Source: a virus
Taxonomy: Duplodnaviria > Caudoviricetes
Virus record (IMG/VR): IMGVR_UViG_3300049017_000049
Span: 1-37,265 of that record
Length of the DNA stretch: 37,265 nt
Strand: one strand, 5' to 3'
Shown here: one piece after another, positions 10,701 through 17,750 of the stretch
How the letters are laid out: every line of letters starts with the position of its first letter
Numbering within the stretch: the first letter of the stretch is position 1
Position numbers and translations under genes: made by a program
The notes under the pieces: generated by a model
What the model was told of the DNA's origin: nothing
What the model saw: only the letters and a program-made list of their open reading frames with translations
Databases searched by the model: none

Positions 10701-12739
10701 CGAGCCTGAAACACCGCAAGTACCTGACGACGGCCGAGACCGAGGCTGCGCTGAAGGAAGCGCTGGGCGAGAACGCTGCGATCGTCAAGGACATCCGCAC
10801 CATGCCGCTGGCGATGGCTAGGCTCGAGCGCGCCGTCGCCGCGCGCGAACTGATCAACGGGATCAAGGAGATCGGCCGCAAGCTGGACAAAGAGACCGTG
10901 ATCAGCGAGGAGCGCCCCGACTACTTCACGATCGACCACCCGGCGTTCAAGACCTTCCGCCCGCGCATGATCGAGAACGCCGAGGGCAAGACCGTGGCCG
11001 CCGTCGATGAGAACGGCGACATGATGTTCGACAAGGTGCCGGTCTATGTGGCGCGCGAGTTCGAGGGGCCGCTGAAGTCGGTCATGTCGGAGACGTCGGG
11101 CGATGTCTACAACGGCCTGATGGCGTTGAAGGGCAAGGCCATGGGCGTGATCATGTACTCGCCGCTGATCCACAACATGGTTGAGTTCGGCCGCGCGCTG
11201 CCGATGATGCCGGGCAAAGTGCTCACTCTGCGCGTGTACTTCGAGGGCAACAAGGTCAAGAACGACCCGAAGATGATGCAGTTCTTCGTCTCCAAGGGCA
11301 TGGTGCCGATCGGGCACCGCGGCGGCATCCAGGACATCACCGGCGTGATGGAGAGCCCTGAGCTCAACCCCGGACGCTCGTGGACGGCGAAGCTGCTGGG
11401 CGGCTCTGTCGGCCTCGTGAACAAGGACGCGGGCCAGGCTGTCAAGCGCGGTGTCGACAAGGCAGGTGACTTCTGGCACAACACGCTGCTGTGGGACCGC
11501 ATCGGCGACCTGCAGGCGGGTCTCGCCATCAACATCTACAAGGCCGAGACGGCGCGGCTCATGAAGAAGGGGCTGAGCCTTGAGCAGGCCCAAGGCACCG
11601 CCGGCTATCTGGCGGCGCACATGGCCAACCGCTACGCCGGGGCGCTGCCCAACGAGGCGATGTCCGCGCTCGCGCGCAAGGTGGCCAACCTCTCCCTGTT
11701 CTCGCGCTCGTTCACGCTGGGCAACATCGGCGTCATGAAGGACATGCTCTCCGGCCTGCCGGTCGAAGTGCGCGACCAGATCAAGCGCGACTTCGGCGAC
11801 CTGGCCGCGCGCGCCGGCACGGACATCGCGCGGCGCAAGGCGATCGGCGCCTTCATCATCGACATCGCGCTCATGTACGCCGCGAACAGCGTGTTGCAGG
11901 ACGTGTTCGACAACTGGAAGCGCGACAAGAGCTGGGGCGCCATCGCCCAAGGCTACGTCGATCGGTTCCACCACCTGATCAAGAAGGGCGGGGAGAACCC
12001 GCTGTCGGTCCTGAACCCGCTCACCGACCTGGAGGAGATGTCGTCCACGTCGGGCAACGAGCCGGGCAAGAAGGAGCGCATCCTGTACGACTTCGACAAG
12101 CACGGCACGGGCATCTACATGCGCATGCCGATCGGCAAGATCGGTGAGGAGTTCGTCGGCTGGGGCACGTCGCCGCTCGATATGTTGAAGCGCAAGGAGT
12201 CCACCTTCACGCGCCCGATGATCGAGACCTTCACCAACGACAAGGGCTTCGGCAAGCGCGTCTACAACCCGGACGACCCCGGCGTGGCCGGCGCCGTGCG
12301 CAACGTGGGCAAGGTGGTCAGGAACTTCATGGCCGCGCAAATTCCCGTCGACGCGATACAGGGGCTGATCGACAAGAGCCAGGGCATCCAGGACGACACG
12401 ACCACGTACAAGCTGGTCGGCCCGCTCGCTGGCCTGACGTTCTCCAAGGGCGCGCCCGGCGGCCCGGTTGTGGGCGAGATGTACCACACCGAGAACATCT
12501 ACCGCGGGAAGAAGGCCGACCTCATGCCGACCGTGCAGGCACTGATCAAGCAGGAGAAAGTGGACGAGGCGATCGACGCGATGCGCTCCATCGGCATGCC
12601 GAACGCCGAGATCAACACCGTGCTGCGCTATGCGGAGAACCCAGGGGCGCGCTTCAGCAAGGGCAACATGAAGCGGTTCAATCAGCACTCGGACGACGAT
12701 GCCAAGGAGCGGATGCAACAGCAGCTGGAGAGGCGTTAG
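7709..12739 (+). CDS. Large (1676 aa) internal virion/ejection protein with a zincin-like metallopeptidase motif
   Basis: AGGA RBS; continuous ORF; VAVHEMLHHLE followed downstream by PSEFWA (HExxH...E). Confidence 0.75.
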   Translation: MATGPQFTKFEEAPAEQGPQFTAFDPAAPAAQFTPFVPDGPDTRTEVGALESAGRGWLTSNAQMGKTLGLAASVPAVLYDKIKNTLGGDGSTPASDYAFKHMVDPYQESVDRYSIHADEKQGFGAKVAGAAGALGADLPLMIASGGESAVAPLYRAAAPSVGEITGAALHQGFNAMRPVMVKSGAEKAEDVLNRGGDTVQALAAGETAGVLSGFMGAAPMGAQGKLLSRMATGVPVSAVTNEAARQVQNAAMPAGMETPFDLEQAGVGAITGGLMHGALGHGIDATPYADHAAAVDRIKNSGLPVHEQLQAIRALNPEPAPVRVEPSAEILKAESVDEAIAAMKVEPAAVWRPRDGAPADTAAAADVAAKIEAELPKAPEPVTKRLLSDRGVDAEGQPWEHEYRAVTNPDGSYALERVAGGEAQRLGKDGTWSMDGEAQSFKNTRWAAEAAMEQKANQTRDGRAAEARVEPPHAPEFNDIEPVRQRPHDITSLRPEARQVITARAVDRAMARIDGKEVPPLRRESVRLTIDRELKGLDSGKITPEEFVQRIDALNSRNQLRAADALMQDRAPRERGADYVRERILQAKRRGDMSEEAADMAEWFVQKNPALLDQLGVSVRTPGENSTAGSYLPAERIMTIMKGGDKSTVAVHEMLHHLERMMPEDMQRAVQKEYLSRIAAEVKGKDPAMTEYLTHILRGDRKSMEAAAEMVKSAKVPYDAYQFMNPSEFWAVNMTRTAEARFRANGVWGKTKQWLTEALQHIKGVLKLSSDAPMLSALNHILRRGDGRFVSESMLAEGSIFRDLDTPPGKEGEAPRRLGKIGAQLMKIDLVRRGAEVIPKIINEIQLSLMPMSARSGSEAARAAAKDYANAERNARMQWAHFDMVLEKNYTSEERQAMWEAADEQNVLLQQGLPTAGKGLDRLNDGQKATMEVMHRYGEELLQRAKDSGLFKGEGLPYWTPRIAAMIGEDGSYSAPPMRGGGDAGTSPVGRNMSTNASSLKHRKYLTTAETEAALKEALGENAAIVKDIRTMPLAMARLERAVAARELINGIKEIGRKLDKETVISEERPDYFTIDHPAFKTFRPRMIENAEGKTVAAVDENGDMMFDKVPVYVAREFEGPLKSVMSETSGDVYNGLMALKGKAMGVIMYSPLIHNMVEFGRALPMMPGKVLTLRVYFEGNKVKNDPKMMQFFVSKGMVPIGHRGGIQDITGVMESPELNPGRSWTAKLLGGSVGLVNKDAGQAVKRGVDKAGDFWHNTLLWDRIGDLQAGLAINIYKAETARLMKKGLSLEQAQGTAGYLAAHMANRYAGALPNEAMSALARKVANLSLFSRSFTLGNIGVMKDMLSGLPVEVRDQIKRDFGDLAARAGTDIARRKAIGAFIIDIALMYAANSVLQDVFDNWKRDKSWGAIAQGYVDRFHHLIKKGGENPLSVLNPLTDLEEMSSTSGNEPGKKERILYDFDKHGTGIYMRMPIGKIGEEFVGWGTSPLDMLKRKESTFTRPMIETFTNDKGFGKRVYNPDDPGVAGAVRNVGKVVRNFMAAQIPVDAIQGLIDKSQGIQDDTTTYKLVGPLAGLTFSKGAPGGPVVGEMYHTENIYRGKKADLMPTVQALIKQEKVDEAIDAMRSIGMPNAEINTVLRYAENPGARFSKGNMKRFNQHSDDDAKERMQQQLERR

Positions 12740-12927
12740 GCCCGGCGTCGGGCTTGGCTTTGCGCAAGCGAAGTGCCCCATGGCTCCCGTTTTTCCAGTT
12801 GCAGTTCGCCGTAAAACTCGCGCGGAGAATCTACGCCGGGTGCGCTATTCTCTACGAGCATGGCCTGTTTCGGCGCAGGCTTGCGCCCGTACCAGAGCAG
12901 GTAGCCTGGCCGCTTTTTCCTGCTCAC
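12736..12927 (-). CDS. Hypothetical protein (63 aa)
   Basis: GTGA overlap with the NADAR stop; ends convergently with the giant gene. Confidence 0.5.
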   Translation of the reverse strand: MSRKKRPGYLLWYGRKPAPKQAMLVENSAPGVDSPREFYGELQLEKREPWGTSLAQSQARRRA

Positions 12928-13337
12928 AATTCGGCCCTCACAGCCATAAGGATTTTACCGAGGTTGTTTTGTCCGACACCGTTGCAGACGCCCCAGAAGG
13001 TATCGCCCCAGGTGTTGCCTTCAACCAGTTCGGCCATGCCGGTCGCGCGCAGCCTGTCGGCCAGTTCAGGGACTTGGAATTTCTGCAAGACGAGCTTTGC
13101 CATAACGCCCAGACGGACGTCGTTCCAGTCGGAGCGAAGACGCAGCTTGCGGCCATACCTCTTGGCGGCGCCGGCGGCCATGTTCGGTATGTCGCGGCGC
13201 GCCACGAGGTCTAGTGTTTTTGACGCGACATAAGCGTGCTCCACAGAAGGATAGGTGATGCCGTCCAGCTGCACCTCCACCGGCCAAAAGTTGGACAGGA
13301 AGCGGTGCTCTCCTTGGAACGATTCGATCTTTTTCAT
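12924..13337 (-). CDS. NADAR (YbiA-like) family protein
   Basis: FLSNF, YPSVEHAY, KF, LVEGNTWGDTFWG and GQNNLGKILMAVR motifs. Confidence 0.93.
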   Translation of the reverse strand: MKKIESFQGEHRFLSNFWPVEVQLDGITYPSVEHAYVASKTLDLVARRDIPNMAAGAAKRYGRKLRLRSDWNDVRLGVMAKLVLQKFQVPELADRLRATGMAELVEGNTWGDTFWGVCNGVGQNNLGKILMAVRAEL

Positions 13338-13717
13338 ATCAACCTCAACTGTTCGGGCCCGTCAAACATCTCGATCTGCTCGGGGCACCAGTGATTGCCC
13401 TTGCTCATGTTCGGCCCGGCAGGGAGGGGGCGCATGTTGAAATGGTTGTGCAGGCCGCACACGCGCGGGTGGTTCAGCGGCACGATGTGGTCGACGTTGT
13501 GCTTGACGCCAGTGGCGCGGCTCAAGCGGTCGGCCTCGTTGTACACCTTGCGGATCTCGTTAAAGTCTGCCCACAGTGGCGTGGCCAGGATGCGCTGCAC
13601 GATCCAGTTCGACGCGGCGAAGGACGGCGGCAGCGAGGCGCGGCCGTGCGTCATCAGGCGCACGCGGAGCGCTCGGCAGGCGCGGGCGCCGAAGGAGCCG
13701 GGTTTAGATTTCTTCAC
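13334..13717 (-). CDS. HNH endonuclease-like protein
   Basis: VDHIVPL...VCGLH...NM...N.SKGN. Confidence 0.85.
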   Translation of the reverse strand: MKKSKPGSFGARACRALRVRLMTHGRASLPPSFAASNWIVQRILATPLWADFNEIRKVYNEADRLSRATGVKHNVDHIVPLNHPRVCGLHNHFNMRPLPAGPNMSKGNHWCPEQIEMFDGPEQLRLI

Positions 13718-13995
13718 GCCGGCTCCAGCTCTGGCCGTTTGAAAAGATCGAGCACGCTCTGCTCGCCACTTGGCGGATACTTCGGGCGCAGGTCGCCTGG
13801 CTCAGCATACACTTCCACTTCAGGGTCGCCCAGCGGATCTTGCGTGTCGGTCAAGCAGCCGAACTCCCACCGCCCTTTATCAGAAAGATATCTTGAAGCC
13901 GCTTCCAAAACGATAGTCTCGGTGCCGTTTAAGCAGGCGAGATCGCCAGTGCAGTTCTGCCAAATATAAACGCGCCCTACTTCGTACATGGCCAA
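13714..13995 (-). CDS. Hypothetical protein (93 aa)
   Basis: AGGAG upstream; GTGA overlap with the HNH gene. Confidence 0.65.
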   Translation of the reverse strand: MAMYEVGRVYIWQNCTGDLACLNGTETIVLEAASRYLSDKGRWEFGCLTDTQDPLGDPEVEVYAEPGDLRPKYPPSGEQSVLDLFKRPELEPA

Positions 13996-14303
13996 TACTC
14001 CTGCGGGATGTCAGAGTGCTCAATGCCCCGAGCACGCGCCTGGTTATAAAATCCATTCGGATGGGCGTCGCACAACGGGTGCGACACCGAATGGGGGAAA
14101 TTCTTGCCCTTCTCTTGCACCGCCTCCGGGCCGCTGCACGTGCACAGGTTGCGCCGGTTGTACGCGCGATCCTCAAACCGCCAGCCGCGCTTCGTACCGC
14201 ACATCGGGCACGCCACTGTCTGCATGTCGTCGGGGTGCTGCTTGCTGACCAAGCGGTGGCGGCACTGGCCGTTCCTGCACCTTACTGAAAACGTAGCCAC
14301 CAC
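13977..14303 (-). CDS. Cys/His-rich probable zinc-binding protein (start uncertain, 14300-14345)
   Basis: CRNGQC, CPMC, CTC and HSVSHPLC motifs. Confidence 0.65.
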   Translation of the reverse strand: MVATFSVRCRNGQCRHRLVSKQHPDDMQTVACPMCGTKRGWRFEDRAYNRRNLCTCSGPEAVQEKGKNFPHSVSHPLCDAHPNGFYNQARARGIEHSDIPQEYWPCTK

Positions 14304-14322
14304 TGAGTTCGCCCTGTAAAAT
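14294..14322 (+). promoter_or_regulatory. Sigma70-like promoter, probably giving a leaderless lipoprotein mRNA
   Basis: TAGCCA-N17-TAAAAT; ATG begins 7 nt after the -10; no SD sequence. Confidence 0.45.
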
Positions 14323-14328
14323 TGCTTC

Positions 14329-14586
14329 ATGCAAAAACTTATCATCCTGGTGCTGCTCGCCGGCTGCGGCCGCGCTGATGTTCAACAGCCTAAGCCAGCT
14401 TCAACGTTCGCCGCCAAGCGCTACGACCTACCTGACGGCGCCTACCTCCAGGCTGTCAGCATGCCGGCGGGCCGGTACGTCGCAAACACCTGCATCATCT
14501 ACACCAACGAGAAGCTGGGCAAGACGCACATGGTCTGCGAGGTCGGCGCCGCGTCGCTGGAAGGGCCGGAAGTCGAGAGCAGGTAA
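14329..14586 (+). CDS. Small lipoprotein (85 aa), moron-like
   Basis: MQKLIILVLLAGC lipobox; two further Cys; opposite orientation to its neighbours. Confidence 0.75.
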   Translation: MQKLIILVLLAGCGRADVQQPKPASTFAAKRYDLPDGAYLQAVSMPAGRYVANTCIIYTNEKLGKTHMVCEVGAASLEGPEVESR

Positions 14587-14589
14587 TGT

Positions 14590-14975
14590 TGGAGCTGGCG
14601 TACGCCCAGCATTGCGACCCAATCTATTCGGCAACGGCCCACTGAGTTAGGCCTTCGTAAAGCAGCTACGCTGCACTTGCCTTATTGAAGCAGTGCCAGT
14701 CTTTCCTGGCTGTCAGCCGGTTACGCTTCCGGCGCACAGTGATGACACAATTCGTCGCCCCACTTGCCGCGCACCATGGGCGACCTCAGGTGCCAATGGT
14801 TCTTTGTGACGGCCGGTGCTGCACCCGGCGACGCCTAAGGAGTCTACTCAGCAAGCCGTCGCCCACGTGCTCATTTCGCCACACGGAGGCAGATTCAGGT
14901 TAGGCGTATCACTTTGCCGACGCGGCTGTGAGATTCGCTTTAGAATCTGCTTTCGTGTGCCGCCTCTTGCGAAGC
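14590..14975. ncRNA. Putative structured non-coding RNA cluster adjoining the tRNA 3' end
   Basis: No credible ORF; dense hairpins including a 17-bp stem 14880-14896/14943-14959, GCCGG-AAGCGTAA-CCGGC, GCCAG-GAAAGA-CTGGC and GTCGCCC/GGGCGAC. Confidence 0.55.
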
Positions 14976-15048
14976 GGGGTGACGACTGAGAATTGAACTC
15001 AGACCACCGGAATCACAATCCGGAGCTCTACCATTGAGCTATCGCCAC
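14976..15048 (-). tRNA. tRNA-His (GUG)
   Basis: Full cloverleaf: GTGGCGA/TCGTCAC, GCTC/GAGC, CCGGA-TTGTGAT-TCCGG, CTGAG-TTCAATT-CTCAG, discriminator C73; followed by CCG rather than CCA. Confidence 0.95.
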
Positions 15049-15055
15049 AGACTTC

Positions 15056-15085
15056 ATATTACTATATGCTTTTGATGCATGTCAA
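15056..15085 (-). promoter_or_regulatory. Promoter for the tRNA, with an operator in the spacer
   Basis: TTGACA-N18-TAATAT; ATGC-N7-GCAT at 15066-15080. Confidence 0.7.
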
Positions 15086-16515
15086 CAATTTCTCTTCAAA
15101 TATTCAAGCAGTGCGTCCTGCACTGTGCTCTTGCTCTTGCGCCGTTCCATCACCACTTCGTCGACCGTTTTGCGCGCACAGATGTGGTAGCGAAAAGCTG
15201 GGCGCTTGTAGCCGGACTGGAACTGGCGCGTCGGCCCTATCCGTTCGCTGACCTGCTGGTAAGTCTCCAGGTTCCAATCCTGACTGAAGAACACGATGAT
15301 GTTGGTCGCGTTCTGCAGCCCGTCAACACCATGGCCGCCGGACATTGGGTGGATGAACAGCAGTGGTATCTTCCCGGCGATGAAGTCGGCCTTGGTCTTG
15401 TCCGCCTTGTCGAAGTGCCGCCCCTTTGGGAACCACTTCAAGAGCCTGGCCAGGTCGGACTTGTGCTGGTACGCGACGAGCACCGGCATGCCGGCCGCCT
15501 CTTCGACGACGGATTCGAGCGCCAGCATCTTCTCGTCGTGGACGACCTCGAACGGTCGGTCTCCGGGGTAGTCAGCAGCTTCGCCCAAGTACGCGGCGCC
15601 GGATGCGAACTGGCAAAGCTTCTGGCTCTTCGCCGCCGCCGTGAACGCCTCGATCTTCTCGCCGCTGGTGAGCTCCGTGTACAGCTTCTTCTCCATCTCT
15701 TTGTACGCCTTCGCCGCTTTGGGCGGCAGGTCAACGAAGATGGTGTGGTCGATGAACTCGCCGATGTCGTAGTGCTGCGCCATGTCGATGGTCAGGCACA
15801 CGTCCTTGATGGCGGCGTGAATCTGCGCCTCGGAGAACGGCATGATCTCGATCTGGTGGTAGCCGTCGCTGCCGGGCACCGAGCGGAACCACCTATTCTT
15901 GAATGCAGTGAAGGTGCGGCCCAAGCGTTCGCCGCCGTCGATGTACCAGAGCTGGCCCCAGAGATCCTGCAACCCGTTCGGCGCCGGGGTGCCGGTCAGG
16001 TTGATCCACCGTGTGGCCTTTGCATACGCCATCTTGGCGAGCGTCAGCGCGCGCTTGCTTCCCTGACCCTTGACGTTGCCCTTCTTCGCCTCGCTGCCGC
16101 GGAAGCTCTTCACCCGCGAGCCCTCATCAACGACAACAGGGCCGAACGGCCAAACGTCGTCCAGTTCTACCTTCAGCCATTCGATGTTCTCAAAGCTGCA
16201 GCAATAGACGTTGGCTTTTTGCGCGAGCAGCGCGCGCCGCTCAGCTGGATCGCCGACGAGGGGGATGACCTTGACCCCGCGCAAATGTGCCCAGCGCACC
16301 GCCTCGTCCGACCAGGTGTCCTTGACCACGCGGGCCGGGCCGAACACGATCGTGGGCTTCGTCTCGATGCCAGCCAGGTAAAGGATGTCGAGCGCGGTGA
16401 GCGTCATCACGCTCTTGCCCGAGCCCATCGAGGCGAACAGCGCGCAGCGCTTGTGGTCGAGGATGTGCTGTATGCCGGCCGGCTGGAACTTGCGAGGGGT
16501 CCATACTTTACGCAC
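15082..16515 (-). CDS. SNF2-family (SF2) helicase
   Basis: ASMGSGKS (Walker A), VVDEGS (Walker B), LTGTP, and a Q...RI..TRQ motif VI-like segment. Confidence 0.93.
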   Translation of the reverse strand: MRKVWTPRKFQPAGIQHILDHKRCALFASMGSGKSVMTLTALDILYLAGIETKPTIVFGPARVVKDTWSDEAVRWAHLRGVKVIPLVGDPAERRALLAQKANVYCCSFENIEWLKVELDDVWPFGPVVVDEGSRVKSFRGSEAKKGNVKGQGSKRALTLAKMAYAKATRWINLTGTPAPNGLQDLWGQLWYIDGGERLGRTFTAFKNRWFRSVPGSDGYHQIEIMPFSEAQIHAAIKDVCLTIDMAQHYDIGEFIDHTIFVDLPPKAAKAYKEMEKKLYTELTSGEKIEAFTAAAKSQKLCQFASGAAYLGEAADYPGDRPFEVVHDEKMLALESVVEEAAGMPVLVAYQHKSDLARLLKWFPKGRHFDKADKTKADFIAGKIPLLFIHPMSGGHGVDGLQNATNIIVFFSQDWNLETYQQVSERIGPTRQFQSGYKRPAFRYHICARKTVDEVVMERRKSKSTVQDALLEYLKRNC

Positions 16516-16822
16516 CGAACATCCTTCGCCACCAGGATACTTTCCTCGGCGGCACTGGGATGGTCTCGGGCGCGCTCATGATCTGCTTGATCAAAGCGCT
16601 GTTCGCCATGTCGTCGCTGAAGAAGCCGTCCTCGGCCATCATGAGCCTGGCGTCGAAGCACGCCACCATGTGGTCGCGCACGGCAACGAGCATTTCGGTC
16701 TGGTAGTCGCTGATGTCGCCCGGCCTGCCGCCGAGATTGACCGTCCAGTTGCGCAGCATGATGCCGTTGCTCGTCAGGCTGATCTCGCCGGCGCGCAGAA
16801 TGGTGATTGGCCCGTAGCTCAT
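16508..16822 (-). CDS. Hypothetical protein (104 aa)
   Basis: ATG 16822 overlaps the upstream stop (ATGA). Confidence 0.65.
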   Translation of the reverse strand: MSYGPITILRAGEISLTSNGIMLRNWTVNLGGRPGDISDYQTEMLVAVRDHMVACFDARLMMAEDGFFSDDMANSALIKQIMSAPETIPVPPRKVSWWRRMFGA

Positions 16823-16974
16823 TTTCGCACGGTCTTGTTGAAGTTCACGGTGCATGCGAAAGCGCCGAGCGCGTTCAGCAAGATCCAGAACACGCTGTCG
16901 GCAGTCACCATGCACAGCAGGTTGGCGAAGAACATGGCCATCCAGAACCAGCTATTTTCAAGCAGCTTTCTCAT
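16819..16974 (-). CDS. Small membrane protein (51 aa; not in the ORF track)
   Basis: MRKLLENSWFWMAMFFANLLCMVTADSVFWILLNALGAFAC...; GGAGG RBS; ATGA overlaps at both ends. Confidence 0.7.
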   Translation of the reverse strand: MRKLLENSWFWMAMFFANLLCMVTADSVFWILLNALGAFACTVNFNKTVRK

Positions 16975-17288
16975 AGTGCCTCCAGCAGTTTATCGACGCC
17001 CTCTTTGGAGTCGATCACGACAACGGTTTGGCCGGCCGCGCGCATGCGCTCGTGCTCGCGCAACTGGCTTGCGCGCGGCTTCTCGCCGGTCGCCTTGAGC
17101 TCGACCCAGATCGTGCGGCCGATAGGGTTGCACCAGGCGCAGTCAAGGCCGGGCGCCTGCTTGCGCGCCTTGACCATGAGCACGCGGTCGGGCGCGTCCT
17201 TGGCGGCTATCCACTTGAGCTTGCGTGTCTCGTGGCCGGCGGCTTTGACCTGCTTGACGAAGTAGGTCTCGATGATGGATTCTTTCAT
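16971..17288 (-). CDS. VRR-NUC (PD-D/ExK) nuclease
   Basis: E..IE, APDR, WVELK and SQ.REH motifs; usual neighbour of SNF2 and PolA. Confidence 0.9.
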   Translation of the reverse strand: MKESIIETYFVKQVKAAGHETRKLKWIAAKDAPDRVLMVKARKQAPGLDCAWCNPIGRTIWVELKATGEKPRASQLREHERMRAAGQTVVVIDSKEGVDKLLEAL

Positions 17289-17461
17289 GGCATCCACCGA
17301 GCCATCAGCACGAAGACGCTACCGGCGAGCATGGCCATGCCGAGCACCGCCATTCCGCAAACGAGATTACTTTGCCAGCTGTAGAGAGGCCTACCGTCAA
17401 CCTCCATCAAGTGGAATAGGCAGAAGCTGACGACAAGCAGGGCGAAGCCAACGGCGCCCAT
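17285..17461 (-). CDS. Small 2-TM membrane protein (58 aa; not in the ORF track)
   Basis: MGAVGFALLVVSFCLFHL...GMAVLGMAMLAGSVFVLMARWMP; coupled at both ends. Confidence 0.65.
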   Translation of the reverse strand: MGAVGFALLVVSFCLFHLMEVDGRPLYSWQSNLVCGMAVLGMAMLAGSVFVLMARWMP

Positions 17462-17649
17462 CACCAGCCCCTTGCAGCGCGGCCGGACACGGTCAGGTCG
17501 ATCACCTGGGCGTCGATGCGGCGAATGCGCGCATGCAGGCTCGGCTCCTGTGCGTCGAACGCCTTGCGAGTCTCGTCCATGTGATGCAGCTGCGCGGTCA
17601 GCGAGCGGCGCTGGTGCGCCAGCAGAATGCGGTTGACGATGTTCTTCAT
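17461..17649 (-). CDS. Hypothetical protein (62 aa)
   Basis: AGGGG RBS; downstream of a candidate promoter. Confidence 0.65.
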   Translation of the reverse strand: MKNIVNRILLAHQRRSLTAQLHHMDETRKAFDAQEPSLHARIRRIDAQVIDLTVSGRAARGW

Positions 17650-17667
17650 TATTTGCCCCTAGTTAAG

Positions 17668-17711
17668 TTGTTCGGTTTGCATATAGTGCCTGCCGTTTGG
17701 AAATTATGCAA
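17668..17711 (-). promoter_or_regulatory. Candidate promoter and operator-like site
   Basis: TTGCAT-N17-CACTAT; TTGT-N7-GCAT (+ strand) at 17668-17682. Confidence 0.5.
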
Positions 17712-17750
17712 GCACAAATTGCCCGACGCGTTGTGCGCCGGGCACGGGGC

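Noticed and set aside
5978-12781. Very long minus-strand ORFs (1064 aa and 1157 aa)
   Set aside because: Antisense shadows of GC3-biased plus-strand genes; no motifs, RBS or coupling.
13334-13717. HNH gene as an intron-encoded or mobile element
   Set aside because: Free-standing and translationally coupled on both sides; no interrupted gene is evident.
14328-14331. Divergent genes sharing one CATG palindrome as both start codons
   Set aside because: The minus-strand gene has alternative GTG starts at 14303/14300, so the shared start cannot be supported.
14976-15048. tRNA as a prophage attachment site
   Set aside because: Phage genes lie on both sides, it has its own operator-bearing promoter, and no integrase or duplicated 3' end is visible.
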